The notes under the pieces: generated by a model
What the model was told of the DNA's origin: nothing
The model's database searches: none
The model's input: the letters and a program-made list of their open reading frames with translations, nothing else
Position numbers and translations under genes: made by a program
From: Mobula hypostoma
Taxonomy: Eukaryota
Reading direction: 5' to 3'
NCBI RefSeq assembly: GCF_963921235.1
Contig: NC_086097.1
Span: 29,452,001-29,516,000, forward strand
Length of the DNA: 64,000 bases
Shown: piece after piece, positions 38,475 to 52,372 of the stretch
Layout of the letters: each line of letters opens with the position of its first letter
Numbering within the stretch: position 1 is the first letter of the stretch

Positions 38475-41400
38475 CATAGAAACATAGAAAACCTTCAGCA
38501 CATACAAGCCCTTCGGCCCACAATGCTGTGCCAAACATGTACTTTAGAAATTACCTAGAGTTACACATAACCTCTATTTTTCTAAGCTCCATGTACCTAT
38601 CCAGGAGTCTCTTAAAAGACCCTATCATATCCGCCTCCACCACCATCATCAGCAGCCCATTCCATGCACTCGCCATTCTCTGCGTAAAAAAACTTACCCG
38701 ACATCTCCTCTGTATCTACTTCCAACCACCTTAAAACTGTGCCCTCTCATGTTAGCCATTTCAGCCCTGGGAAAAAGCCTCTGACTATCCACACGATCAA
38801 TGCCTTTCATTATTTTGTACACCTCAATCAGGTCATCTCTCATCCTCTGCCGCTCTAAGGAGAAAAGGCTGAGTTCACTCAACCTATTCTCATAAGGCAT
38901 GCTCCCCAATCCAGGCAACATCCTTGTAAATCTCCTCTTCACTCTTTCTATAGTTTCTACATCCTTCCTGTGGTGAGGTGACCAAAACTGAGCACAGTAC
39001 TCCAAGTGGGGTCTGATCAGGGTCCTATACAGCTGTAACATTACCTCTCAGCTCTTAACCTCAATCCCATGGTTGATGGAAGCCAATGCACTGTATGCTT
39101 TCTTAACCACAGAGTCAACCTGCGCAGCAGCTTTGAGTGTCCTATGGACTCGTACCCCAAGATCCCTCTGATCCTCCACACTGCCAAGAGTCTTACCATT
39201 AACACTATATTCTACCATCATATTTGACCTACCAAAATGAACTATCTCACACTTATCTGGGTTGAACTCCATCTGCCACTTCTCAGCCCAGTTTTGCATC
39301 CTATTGATGACCCACTGTAACCTCTGACAGCCCTCCACACTATCCACAACACACCCAACCTTTGTGTCATCAGCAAATTCACCAACCCATCCCTCCAGTT
39401 CCTCATCCAGGACATTTATGAAAATCACGAAGAGAAGGGGTCCCAGAACAGATCCCTGAGGCACACCACTGATCACCAACCTCCATGCAGAATATGACCC
39501 ATCTACAACCATTCTTTGCCTTCTGTGAGCAAGCCAGTTCCGGATCCACAAAGCAATTTCCCCTTGAATCCCATGCCTCCTTACTTTCTCAATAAGCCTT
39601 GCATGGGATACCTTATCAAATGCCTTGCTGAAATCCATATACACTACATCTACTACTCTCCCCTCATCAATGTGTTTAGTCACATCCTCAAAAAATTCAA
39701 TCAGGCTTGTAAGGCACAACCTGCCTTTGACAGAGCTAAGCTGATGATTCCTAATCATATTACGCCTCTCCAAATGTTCATAAATCCTGTTTCTCAGGAT
39801 CTTTTCCATCAACTTAGCAACCACTGAAGTAAGACTCATTGGTCTATAATTTCCTGGGCTACCTCTACTCCCTTTCTTGGATAAGGGAACAACATCTGCA
39901 ACCCTCCAAACCTCTGGAACCTCTCCTGTCCCCACTGATGATACAAAGATCATAGCCAGAGGCTCAGCAATCTCCTCCCTCGCCTCCCACAGTAGCCTGG
40001 GGTATATCTCATCCAGTCCCGGAAACTTATCCAACTTGATGCTTTCCAAAAGCTTCAGTACATTCTCTTTCTTAATGTCCATATGCTCAAACTTTTCAAT
40101 CTGCTGTAAGTCATCCCTACAATCGTCAAGATCCTTTTCCGTAGTGAATAGTGAAGCAAAGTATTTATAAAGTATCTCCGCTATCTCCTCCAGTTCCACA
40201 CACACTTTTCCACTGTCACACTTGACTGGTCCTATTCTCTCACATCTTATCCTCTGGCTCTTCACATACTTGAATGCCTTGGGGTTCTCCTTAACCCTGC
40301 TCGCCAAGTCTTCTCATGGCCCCTTCTGGCTCTCCTAATTTTATTCTTAAACTCCTTCCTGCTAGCCTTATAATCTCTTAGATCTCCATCATTAGGCTTT
40401 TTGAACCTTTCATAAGCTTTTTTCTTCTTGACTAGATTTTCAACAGCCTTTGTTAATCACGGTTCCTGTACCCTACCATCCTTTCACTGTCTCATTGGGA
40501 CATACCTATGCAGAACACCACACAAATATCCCCTGCACATTTGCCACATTTCTGCCGTACATTTTCCTGAAAACATCTGTTCCCAATTAATGCTTTCAAG
40601 TCCCTACCCAAAAGTTTCATATTTCCCCTTACTCCCCTTGTTCCTATCCCTCTCCAATGCTCTGGTAAAAGATCATTACAGGTGTCCCCCGCTTTTTGAA
40701 CATTCGCTTTATGAAACCTCTCAAAGACCTACATTAGTTCCCTGTTTTCGCTAACAGAAGGTATTTTCACTGTTACGAAAAAAGGCAGCGGCGGAAAAAG
40801 CAGCGCGCGCCCTGAGCAGCCGCTCTCCCCCAGATTCGGGACGGCATTCTCGCCGGCATTGCTTAAACACGAGCCTGTGAGCATCCGTTAGCAAGATGAG
40901 TTCTAAGGTATCGGAAAAGCCTGAAAGAGCTCGTAAGGGTGTTACACTTAGTGTAAAACTAGACATAATTAAATGTTTTGATCGTAGTGAACGAAGTAAG
41001 GACAAAGTGAATTTGGCTTGTGGAAGTTGACGAAGATGATGTTGAAGAGGTTTTGGCATCTCATGACCAAGAACTGATAAATGAAGAGCTGATGCAATTA
41101 GAAGAGGAAAGGATAACAATCGAAACCGGATGCAGTAGCGAAAGTGAAGTTGTCCAGGAACTGAATGTGAAGCAATTGCGTGAGATTTTTGCTGCAACGA
41201 TTTTAATTTTGAAAGGGTACATCGGTTTAGGGCATATTTGCAAGATGGTTTACAAAGAACTGTGTGATAGAAAAATGTGCGAGGCTCAGCAGTCAAGCAT
41301 ACAGTACTGTCGTTTTTCAAGCCTTCCACATCAGCCACAGCAGACGATGAACCTCGACCTTTGCCATCGAGGCGGGCAGTCATAGGAGATGAGCTACCTG

Positions 41401-43800
41401 CCCTAATGGAAACAGACGATGATGAAATGACACCCCAGTGTCCCACCACCCTAACCCCCAGGCCACAGACAGATACCGATTCGCGGAGAATGCAGCGATA
41501 GCCGGGTGGCACCTAATTAATTAGCATGTTTATTTCAGCATTTTTCTTAAAGATGTGCTGTGTGCCTCCCAGCTACTGCTGCATTCTCCGCGAATCGGTA
41601 TCGGTCAGCGGCCCGGAGGGTGGGAGCCATTGCACCTCCCCAACCTCCGACGACTCAGCCTAACACACCATCATCAGTGTGCTCTGCGCTGTCTTCCCGA
41701 TTCCCGTGATACTACACTGTACATACATTATTTCTACTTTATATAGGCTGTGTATTTTTACGTTATTTGGCAGCTTCATAGCTTAAAGGTTACTGGACAG
41801 TGTTTTTTTGCTGCGAGCGCTTGCGTGAGATTTTCTGCCGAAAGCGCCTGCACCGTGTTTCTGCTGCAAGCACTTGTGTGAGATTTTCACTACAGAGAAC
41901 AATGCAGGCAATGATTGTGGAAAAGTATTTCTACTTTATATAGGCTGTGTATTTACATATCATTCCTGCTTTTACTATATGTTACAGTTATTTTAGGTTT
42001 TGTGTGTTATTTGGCATGATTTGGTAGGTTATTTTTGGGTCTGCGAATGTTCACAAAATTTTCCCATATAAATAAATGGTAATTGCTTCTTTGCTTTACA
42101 ACATTCCGGCTTACGAACCGTTTCATAGGAACGCTCTCCCTTCCGAAGGTGGGGGAAACCTGTATCTCCAAAATGCTCTCCCACTGAGAGACCTGACACC
42201 TGACCAGGTTCATTTCCCAATACTAGATCAAGTACAGCCTTTCCTCTTGTAGGCTTATCTACATATTCTGTCAGGAAACCTTCAACACACCTAACAAACT
42301 CCACCCCATCTAAACTCCTTGCTCCAGGGAGATGCCAATCAATATTTGGGAAATTAAAATCTCCCACCATGACAACCCTGTTACTGACCCCTTCCAGTTT
42401 CTGACTTCCACCCACAGAGACTCAGTAGACAATCCCTCCATGACTTCCTCCTTTTTGGCAGCCGTGACTCTCTCTCTGATCAACAGTGCCTCGCCCTCAC
42501 CTCTTTTGCCTCCCTCCCTGTCCTTTCTGAAACATCTAAAGCCTGGCACTCGAAGTAACCATTCCTACTCCTGAGCCATCCAAATGTCTGTAATGGCCAT
42601 AACATTGTAGCTCCAAGTACTGATCTACACTCTCAGCTCATCTGCTTTGTTCATGATGCTTCTTGCATTAAAATAGACACATCTTAAACCATTAGTCTCA
42701 GTGCATCCCTTCTCTATCACCTGCCTATCCTCCCTCTTGCACTGTCTCCAAGCTTTCTCAATTTGTGAGCCAACCACCTCTTCCTCCATCTCTTCATTTC
42801 GGTTCCCATTCCCCAGCAATTCTAGTTTACACTCTCCTTAGCAAACCTCCCTACCAGGATGTTGGTCCCCCTCAGATTCAAGTGCAACCCATCCTTTTTG
42901 TACAGGTCACGTCTGTCCCAAAAGAGGTCTCAATGATCCAGAAATCTGAATCCCTGCCTCCTGCTCCAATCCCTCAGCTACATATTTATCCTCTACCTCA
43001 TTCTATTCCTATATTCACTGTTGTGTGGCACAGGCAGTAATCCCGAGATTACTACCTTTGAGGTCCTGCTTCTCAATTTCCTTCCTAAGTCTCTGAAGAC
43101 TATTTTCAGGACCTCCTCCCTTTTCATACCCAAGTTGTTGGTACCAATATATACCACAACCTCTGGCTGCTCTCCTTCCCACTTCAGGATATCGTGGATG
43201 CGATCGGAAACATCCCGGACCCGGGCACCTGGGAGGCAAACTACCGTCCATGTTTCTTTCCTGCGTCCACAGAATCACCTGTCTGACCCCCTATTACTGC
43301 TGCCTTCTTCCTTTCCCTACCCTTCTGAGCCTCAGGGCCAGAAGCGCGGCCACTGTTGCTTCCCCCAGGCAGACCGTTCGCCCCAAACAGTAGGGGGACA
43401 GACACAGCGGTACTCTAATACCTGACTCTTGCCTTTCCCCCTCCTGACTGTGACCCACGTATCTGTCTCCCGAGGCCCTGGTGTGACTACTTGCCCATAG
43501 CTCCTCTCTATCACCTTCTCACCTTCCCTAAGCAGACAAAGGTCATAGAGCTGCAGCGCCAGGTCCCTAACCCAGTCCCCGAGGAGCTGCAGCTCGATGC
43601 ACCTGGGGCAGATGTGGCCTTCCGGGAGGCTGAGAGTCTCCCGGACTTCCCAAATCCGACACCCAGTACAGAACACGGGTCTCACAGACATACTTCCTGT
43701 TTCTATTCTACAAAGGTAACAACTCACCTCGATCTGTTATCGCGGAAGCCCTGTTGAGCCAAAACCTTCTCACTAAGTCTACCTCTACTCTGACGCCTGC
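38475..43800 (-). mobile_element. Near full-length CR1 LINE interrupted by a Tigger element
   Basis: ORF1 CTGC/CPRC finger and esterase (43015-43727), endonuclease (42165-42700), RT 39048-40307 (NYRP.SLTS, GVPQGSVLGP, FADD), in-frame stop 39048-39050, (TTTCTATG)n tail. Confidence 0.93.
40679..42162 (+). mobile_element. Non-autonomous Tigger/pogo element
   Basis: TA|CAGGTGTCCCCC ... GGGGGAAACCTG|TA; transposase N- and C-terminal remnants. Confidence 0.88.
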
Positions 43801-44864
43801 TCTTTGAGCTGGTCTAACTCGCTGACATCCATGTGCTTACAGAGTTGTCCCTCGATCATAGGATTATGCATGAAATTATAAGCAGGGATGACTAAAATGA
43901 GAACCATCTTCAGGAAATAAAACCTGTCCAAAATTTAACTTCTGATACTTTGTGGCTAGTGAAACCAATTATTCAGATTGTCCCACTGAAACTATATAGG
44001 GAAAGGCTTTATATGAATGTTCCTGCTATTAGCATTGTTGGAGGTGTATCCCTGCCACTAAGGTACAGTTCAAGACAAGTCTGTCACTTAGTTGTTTATG
44101 TTCATGGAGTCAGAACTTAACACTGTAACAAAGTGGTATCTTTTTGGAGTTTTGAACAGACACCAGCATTGAATTTTCAAAGGAGTTCTGCTAGTTGATG
44201 TCCTGCTATTGTAAATATGTTACTCTGTAAGTTTACTTGGCTATATTCCAAATGTGAAAGTAGATGATTATAGCAACAAAAATCGTAGTTAATCATTTAT
44301 TGTCATCTTTATGATTGTGCCAGGAGAGTGAGATTCAGCTGGACTCTCATCTGGAGGTTTGCTGTGTGAATAAACACTTATAATTCCCAGTTAGATCTTC
44401 CTTGTGGCTCAGCTTTAGTCAATCACAACAAAGTAAATCAAATCCCCTGTATCGGAGGGTTTATAAAGAAGTGGTATTTTGGACGGTGAAGGTTATCAAA
44501 AATTACAGAGGGATCTTAATCAGCTGAGCAAGTGGGCCAATGAATGGCAAATCTAAATTAATTCAGAAAAGCACGAGGTACTGCAGCCTACTTAGAAAAT
44601 CAAATGCAATAGGACTTTCACTGAATGGCAGGGCCTTCTGGAGTGTTGTAGAGCACAGGGATCATCAAGTACAAATACACAGTTCACTGCAAGTTTAGTC
44701 ACAGATAAGCAGGATGATAAAAGTGCTGTTCTGGCCTTCACTAGTCAGGGCAGAGTATAAAAGTTAGGAGATTATGATGTGGTTGTGTAGGGTACTGGTG
44801 AGGCTGAAGTTGTAGTAGTGTTCAGTTTTGCTAAAGGAAAAACGTTATTAAACTGAAAATAGTA

Positions 44865-46603
44865 CAGGTCCACAATCCCTTACCCAAAATTTTAAGATCT
44901 GAAAACTGAAGTTTTTCGTGTGGAGTGTGTTTGGCGCACCAACAGCTGACATCACTCAGGTGTGACGTGGCAGCACTAGCAAAGGCTTTCGGATGTCAGT
45001 TATGGCTCAGCACTCGTACTGGTTACACATGCATTTGCTGTTCGCTGATATTTTGTGTTCACTGTTGACTTTGTGTCTAATTTCACTGTGAAAATGTCAA
45101 AAAGAGCTGCAGATACCTCTATGGGTAGCAATAAGAAAAAGGAAGCATCTATCATCATCAATAACTCAGAAAATATTCAGAGGGTTGGCTGCAGAAATTT
45201 AAGCAGCGTCATGGTGTAAAATATCTGAAAATGTGTTGAAAAAGCTTCTGCTGATCATGAAGCAGCTGAAAATTACATTGACGAATTTGCCAATACCTGA
45301 TAAAAAACCTTAGTCCTGAACAAACCTACAATACTGATGAAACAGCTTCGTACTGGCACTAAGTTCCTAGAAAAACATTAACGGCTGATGACGATATGGT
45401 GAAAATGTGTGATCAGTTAATTGCCGGCCTTGAACAATGTGCATTTATCAGTGAGCAAGAGATTATGGCAGTTTACTCAGTTAAAGAGAGATTGCTTAGA
45501 CATAAACCTATGTTAATGAGACAGATGACACTTGAAGTCTTTAAAAACGCCCTCTGTCGTAGTGCTGCTTCATAACTTGAGAATCCTGTTCCTGGCCCAT
45601 CAGGTACCTGTGGAGTATTTAGCTTTGTTTGCCAGACTTAATGCAGCTTAACTAGAGGTACCTGTACGTATTTAGCTTAGTTTGAACCTGTATATGTCCT
45701 AGAGTATTTACGTTCTACATTTATTCCAATAAGTCATTTACCACGTATTTGATTAGGTTCATTTGAAGCTGAATATTTTTGTTTTATTGAATGTTTTTGT
45801 TGGAAGTAAAATGTACTAGTGTATTATGGTCTACAATTAACACATTACTTCATTTATCAGTATATCTGTTGTGTTCTGGTTAACAACAGATGGTGCAATC
45901 CGGGTCATATTACGATCGAGGAACATGTTTGTAGACCGGATATTGAACTTTTTACTGTTGGACTTCGGCCATATTCCACCGAGATACGATACTGGGCAGC
46001 ACGAGAGGTCGTTCCTGCCTGTGGCCATTGAACTTGCAGCTCCTCCCGTGGAGGGTCAGACACCCTGAGCCAATAGACTGGTCCTCGACTTATTTTCCAT
46101 CTGGCATAGTTTGCATTTTGTTGTTTGATTGTTTGTGGTTTTTGTATTGCTATATTTATGCTCTACTCTTGGTTGGTGCGGCTGTAACGAAACCCAATTT
46201 CCCTCGGGATCAATAAAGTATATCAATCTATCTATATTACTCTATAAATAAACTGCAATAGTATTTGTAAAAGAGTGCGGATCTGGAAAACCTGGAAGTT
46301 CTCTCTCCAGCACTCATTGTTTGAGCATGCACAGACTTTTTTCCTGTCATTATTCCCTAAACAATACAGTATAACAACTATTTACATAACATTTACATTG
46401 TATTAGGTATTATAAGTAATCTAGAGTTGATTTAAAGTATACGGGAGGATGTGCATATTTCCGGAGCTCCCCCGGACCCTGAAGTCCACCGCACCGAGAC
46501 AGGTTAATTATCAATATAATTATCAATTTTCTGAAATCCAAAAAATTCTGAATTCTGAAATGCAACTGACCCCAAGGATTTCGGATAAGGGATTGTGGAA
46601 CTG
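44865..46603 (+). mobile_element. Deleted Tigger/pogo element with nested LINE fragment (~45860-46235)
   Basis: TA|CAGGTCCACAATCCCTTA ... TAAGGGATTGTGGAACTG|TA; GWLQKFKQRHG and DETA remnants. Confidence 0.85.
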
Positions 46604-46619
46604 TACAGAAAAGATTAGT

Positions 46620-46855
46620 ACAGTAGTGTAGCGGTTAATACAGCGCTAATATAATGCCAGCAACCCAGGGTCAATTCCCGCCATTCTCTATAAGGGGTTT
46701 GTACATTTTCCCCATGACTGCTCGAGTTTCCTCCTAGTGCTCCAGATTTCTCCCACATTCCAAAGACATATGGATTAGTAGGTTAATTGGTCACATGGCT
46801 GTAACTGGCCAGTATGGGCTCATTACGGTGTGGTATCCCTAAATTGAAAAAAAAA
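46620..46855 (+). mobile_element. V-SINE (HE1-like)
   Basis: gtagcggtta A-box-like, gggtcaattccc B-box-like, V-domain, poly-A tail. Confidence 0.7.
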
Positions 46856-47027
46856 TTACAAGCATGTTGCCAGAGTGTGGGGGCCTGAATTATCAGGAGA
46901 GGTCATGCACACTAGTACTTTATTCCTTGGAGCTCACGAGACTCACAGGTGATCTTATATAGGATCTATAAAAATGTATAAACCTTGAGGGTATAGAAAG
47001 GGTGAATGCACGCCCTTTCTATTTCCC

Positions 47028-47578
47028 ACTCAAAAACTTTTATAGATGTACCATGGAGAGCAATCTGACAGGCTGAATCACTGTCTGGTATGGGGACAGG
47101 GTGGTGGTGTGCTATTGCACAGGACCAAAAGCAGCTGCAGAGGGTTGTAAATTCAGTTGGTTCCATCTTGGTTACTAGGCTACAAAGTACCCAGGACATC
47201 TTCAAGGAGTGGTGTCTCAGAAAGGCAGCGTCCAATATTAAGGACCTCCAGCACCCAGGGCATGTCCTTTTTCTCGTTGTCACCATCAGGTAGGAGGTAT
47301 AGAAGTCTCAAGGCACACACTCAGCGATTCAGGAACAGCTTCTTCCCCTCTGCCATCCGACTCCTAAATGAACATTTAACCCATGAACACTATACTCACC
47401 TTTTTAAAAATGGATATTATTATTTCTGTTTTTGCACAATTTTTAATCTATTCAATATACATATACTATAACTTATTTATTTTTTAGCTTTTTTTCTTCT
47501 ACATTAGTGCATTGAGCTGCTGCAGCTAAGTTAACAAATTTCATGACACATGCTGGTGATAATAAATCTGATTCTGTA
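47028..47578 (+). mobile_element. L2/Rex-Babar-like LINE 3' end
   Basis: PSGRRYRSLKAHTQRFRNSFFPSAIRLLN; aataaatctgattctg tail. Confidence 0.8.
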
Positions 47579-48004
47579 TTCAGTCCAGGGTCGTGGAAAT
47601 CAAAACAAGAAAGCATAAATTTTTTTTGGGGGGGGGGGAGGAGATTTAGTAATACTTAGAGGGGCACCTTTTTGCACAAATGGTGTTATGTATGTGAAAT
47701 GAGATGCCAAAGGAAATAACTGAGGCAGGTACTATACCAACTTTTAAAAAGACAGTTGAATGTGTACATGCATTGGAAAGTATTATAAGATTATGAGCCG
47801 AACGCTGGCAAACGGGACCAGCTTGGATGGAGCATCTTGGTTGGCATGAACAAGTTGGGACAAATGGTCTATTACCATACAGCACAACTGTCTGTGAAAT
47901 CATGAGGAGGACAGAGGAAATTGTAAGAATCTTTCTCCCCTGGTTGGAATGTCCAAACCAAAAGAGCATAGGCAAGAGAATCACAGATGACAACACATCA
48001 TCAT

Positions 48005-48622
48005 CCCCAACTTCTGCCATCTCTAAAGGGATCCTACCACCCTCTGCTTTCTACAGGGATCACTCCCTCTGTGATTCCCTTGTCTACTCCTCCATCTCCA
48101 CTAACCCCCGCCTTCCAACAATGCTACATCTACCCATTCACCTGCATTCAAGGCCCAAAACAGTCCTACCAGGTAAGGCTGCTGGGGCCATCCAATGTGT
48201 CCAGTGCTCTCAATGCAGCCTCCTCTGTATTGGTGAGACCCATTGTAAACAGGGGCACCACTTCATTGAGCACCTCTGCTCCATACACCAAAAGCAGAGC
48301 TTCCCAGTGGCCAAATATTTTAATACCAATTCCCATTCCCATTCTGACATGTTGGTCCATGGCCTCCTCTTGTGTCAAGTCAAGGCCACCCTCCAACTTG
48401 ATGGCATGAATATTGATTTCTCTCTGAAATGTCCCCCCCCCCACTTCTATTAACCATTCTGGCCTGACCTCTGCTCACCTGCTACCACCACCCCTAGTGT
48501 CCCCTCTTCCTTCCCTTTCTCCTATCAGATTTCTTTTTCTCTAGCCCTTTTCCCTTCCCACACCTTCATTTCCACAGATGTTGCCCGATTTGCTGAATTC
48601 CTCCAGCATCTTGTGCGTGTTG
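48005..48622 (+). mobile_element. Decayed PLE 3' fragment (GIY-YIG)
   Basis: CVQCSQCSLLCIGET, DGMNIDFS. Confidence 0.8.
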
Positions 48623-48798
48623 CCATAGATGAGTGGTGACAATTACAAGTTCAGAGGAAACCTAACTATTTTTAAACCACAGAGGCTGAAATTTGGAACA
48701 CACTGTAAAGTGAGGAAGCAGTAAGCACTCCCAACACAGGTATTTAGAGAAGTACTTCAGTTTCAAAGACATACAGGGTTGCAGGCAAAATGGTGGTA

Positions 48799-51185
48799 CA
48801 GGTGGCCCCCGTTTTCCGAACGTTCGCTTTACGACATATCGCTCTTACGAAAGACCTACATTAGTTACCTGTTTTCGCTAACAGGTGTTTTCACTGTTAC
48901 GAAAAAAGGCAGAGCGCACCCAAACAGCCAAGCTCCTCCCCCGGAACTGCATTCTAGCCGCCATTGCTTAAACACGTGCTTCATCCCGAATTATTTTGTG
49001 CATCCGTTAGCAAGGTGAGTTCTAAGGTATCAGAAGAGCCTAAAAGAGCTTGTAAGGTGTTACACGTATAATTACGCGTTTTGATCGTGATGAATGAAGT
49101 AAGGACATTGTCCGCGCGTTGAACTTGCCTGCATCCACCATTTGCACTATTTATACGCAGAGAGAAAGAATTTTGAAAGCTGCCAATGTTACTGTTGGTT
49201 CTGCTCGTAGCAAAGTGGTCTCTCTTAGTCGGCATCCAATAATGGATAAAGTGGAAAGTCTATTGCTTGAGTGGATTGATGGGTGTACAAAGCGTGGTGT
49301 TCTGTTAAGTTTTCTTGTACTTAAGGAGAAATCAGTCAGCCTTTTTAATAAGCTGAAACAGAAAGCACTGGACGATGGTGATGAAAGTGTTGCAAAAGTG
49401 GAATTTAAAGGTTATGGGTGGTTTGATCGGTTTCTGAGGCGAGGCCAGCTTCATAGCTTAAGCAGTGGTCCCCAACCTCCGGGCCGCGGACCGGTACATT
49501 GCTGCGAAGAATGCAGGGGTGCAGCAGCAGTCGGAGCGCACCCAGCACATCTTTAAGAGCCGAAATAAACAAGCTAATTAATTAGGTGCCGCCCGGCATG
49601 TAAATGTCGGCCCAGATCAGAGGCGATTACTGATTGCATCAGGTGGTTATTCATATAAGCAAGGGTGTAACTGTGACAAAACTACAATTTATTGGCGTCT
49701 TCCCGATTCCAGTAAGTGAAACTACACTGTACATTTCTACTTTATATAGACTGTGTATTTTTATGTGTTATTTGGTATGATTTGGCAGCTTCATAGCTTA
49801 AAGGTTACTGGAGAGAGTGTTTCTGCCAAGAGCGCTTCCGCGAGATTCTTGCTGCGCTAGACAGTGCTGCAGAGAAGTATTTCTACTTTATATAGGCTGT
49901 GTACTTATCATATCATTTCTGCTTTTACTATACGTTACTGTTATTTTAGGTTTTATATGTTACCTATATCCTACTAAATTATATTGTCTGTTTGTGACCT
50001 CCAATTAGCGCAAACGGTGTATTACAGCGGCACTTTTTTTGGCTAAATCGAATTAAAATACGCTAACTTACAGAATGCAGGCAAAGTTCAAGGTTATATA
50101 TTCGTATAAAATTGCTCATTCACCAAAATAAACAGGCTAGCTTTCACCTGAGACCGGATCAGCCATCATGGAAATCGAGACGCGACAGCCCAACGCATGC
50201 ACACGGCCAGTCTCAGGAGTGACACCTACTGGAGCAAAAGGGCAGGGCAGCTCTATTTCGAGGGATCACCATCAGTATGTGCAGGATTGGAACAGATCTA
50301 ACTGCCACCCATCAATAAGAGATAATTAAATCTTATTGTAATGACATACTTCGAGACACCCATAAAACCCTTTGCTGCAGTCAAATGACAGCGGTGACTA
50401 TATCACGTCCACTTAGGAGAGCGCAAACCACATCAAGAATAATCAGCATCCTTTGGTGTTACTGCTTCATATCTTCTATCCAGCATTAGGGTAAAAAAAA
50501 AAGGTCAGCCTAATTATGCCACGTGGAAAGGGAAGGGGGACATGATGGTCAAGAGATGATGCCAAACGTCATCGGGAATCGGCAAGGAGAGGGAGAGAAC
50601 AAGAATCAGATGAGGCCAGGGCCACACGACTCCAGGATCAGAGTCAGATGAGGCCAGGGCCACACGACTCCAGGATCAGAGGGTCAGGACAAAAAAAGAT
50701 GAGAGAAGAGACAGAGGAGGAGAGGCATGCAAGACAAACAACAAACAGCAGAAGAGGTGAAGAGACGGGGGATGAAAGGGCTGCATGTCTCCAGAAGGGT
50801 GGCAAATAAACCAGAAATAATGCCATCAAAAGTGTCCTTCGTTAAATGAGGAGCAGCTATATTTGTTTTGCTACGCATCATTCTTCTTCAATAAACTGAG
50901 GTTTTCTACTTCAGTTTCCAAAGCAAAGCGATACCAATAGTATTCAGGAAAATTTTATGTTCATTCCGGTCAGGTCAGACTGCACTACCCTTCTCTCAAT
51001 GGGTGCCCCAACTGGTCACCCCGTTGTGTAGTTTGGCATGATTTTGTAGGTTATTTTTTGGGTCTGGGAACGCTCAAAAATTTTTCCCATATAAATAAAT
51101 GGTAATTGCTTCTTCACTTTACGACATTCCAGCTTACGAACCGTTTCATAGGAGCGCTCTACCTTCGGATAGCAGGGGAAACCTG
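48799..51185 (+). mobile_element. Tigger/pogo element (CENP-B-type HTH remnant) interrupted at 49963-51031
   Basis: TA|CAGGTGGCCCCC ... GGGGAAACCTG|TA; ESLLLEWID..LKEKS..GWFDRFLRR; same family as 40679-42162. Confidence 0.87.
49963..51031 (+). mobile_element. Probable non-autonomous Helitron
   Basis: Inserted precisely between A and T with no TSD (compare empty site tgtta|tttggcatg at ~42004-42017); 5' CCTATATCCTACTAA; subterminal hairpin then GTAG. Both termini differ by one base from TC...CTAG. Confidence 0.6.
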
Positions 51186-51811
51186 TAAATGAGACTACTC
51201 TGGATGAGAACAATGGTCAGCATGGACATGGCAGAATAAAAGATCTGTTTCTGACTGCACAGTTGGAACTCTATGGATGTGATCTAATAAAATTCCCTGG
51301 ATCCAAGAGATGACCCAGAAGAATGAAAGAGGCTGGAACCAGAAAATAAGCAGATTATGTCAATGTCATTGGAAATAATAGGGCATTTAGAATCAGAATT
51401 GTCACTGACACAAGTTGTGAGATTTGTTGCTTTCTGGCACCATCACACTGCAGGCAGACCAAATTACAAGTTACAATAAAACAGGATAGTGCAAAAGAGG
51501 AATAGCAAGGTAGTGCTCATGTCCGTTCAGAAATCTGATGGCATATGTGGAAAAAAACTGCCTAAGATGTTGTGAGCCTTTAAGCTCCTTTCCAACCTCC
51601 TTAATGGCAGTAATGGCATTCAGAAAATGATGAAACAACCTAACAGAGTTGATATGAATTTATGAAGGAAAAAGTGACTGACAAACCAGCTAGAGCTCTT
51701 TGAAAATTTAAGTGTGCAAACAAGGAAACCAGTACAGTACAGCATTTGGATTCCCACAAATCATTGATAAAGTACTATAGAAAAGGTTGTTGCACAAGAA
51801 CTCATATGATT

Positions 51812-52372
51812 TCCTCTATTTCCTGAGGAGACTGAGGTCCTTTAACATCTGCCGGACGATGCTGAGGATGTTCTACGAGTCTGTCGTGGCCAGTGCTATT
51901 ATGTTTGCTGTTGTGTGCTGGGGCAGCAGGCTGAGGGTAGCAGACACCAACAGGATCAACAAACTCATTCGTAAGGCCAGTGATGTTGTGGGGATGGAAC
52001 TGGACTCTCTGACGGTGGTGTCTGAAAAGAGGATGCTGTCCAAGTTGCATGCCATCTTGGACAATGTCTCCCATCCACTACATAATGTACTGGGTGGGCA
52101 CAGGAGTACATTCAGCCAGAGACTCGTTCCACCAAGATGCAACACAGAGCATCATAGGAGGTCATTCTGACCTGTGGCCATCAAACTTTACAACTCCTCC
52201 CTTGGAGGGTCAGACACTCTGAGCCAATAGGCTGGTCCTGGACCTATTTCCTGGCATAATTTACATATTACTATCTAACTATTTATGGTTTTATTACTAT
52301 TTAATTATTTATGGTGCAACTGTAACGAAAACCAATTTTCCCCCGGGATCAATAAAGTATGACTATGACTAT
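51812..52372 (+). mobile_element. Rex-Babar/L2-like LINE 3' end with (GACTAT)n tail
   Basis: LYFLRRLRSF..FYESVVAS..AVVCWG..HPLH; AATAAAG(TATGAC)n. Confidence 0.85.

Noticed and set aside
50606..50681. 38-bp direct repeat as CRISPR-like
   Set aside because: Two adjacent copies with no spacer in eukaryotic DNA; simple tandem duplication.
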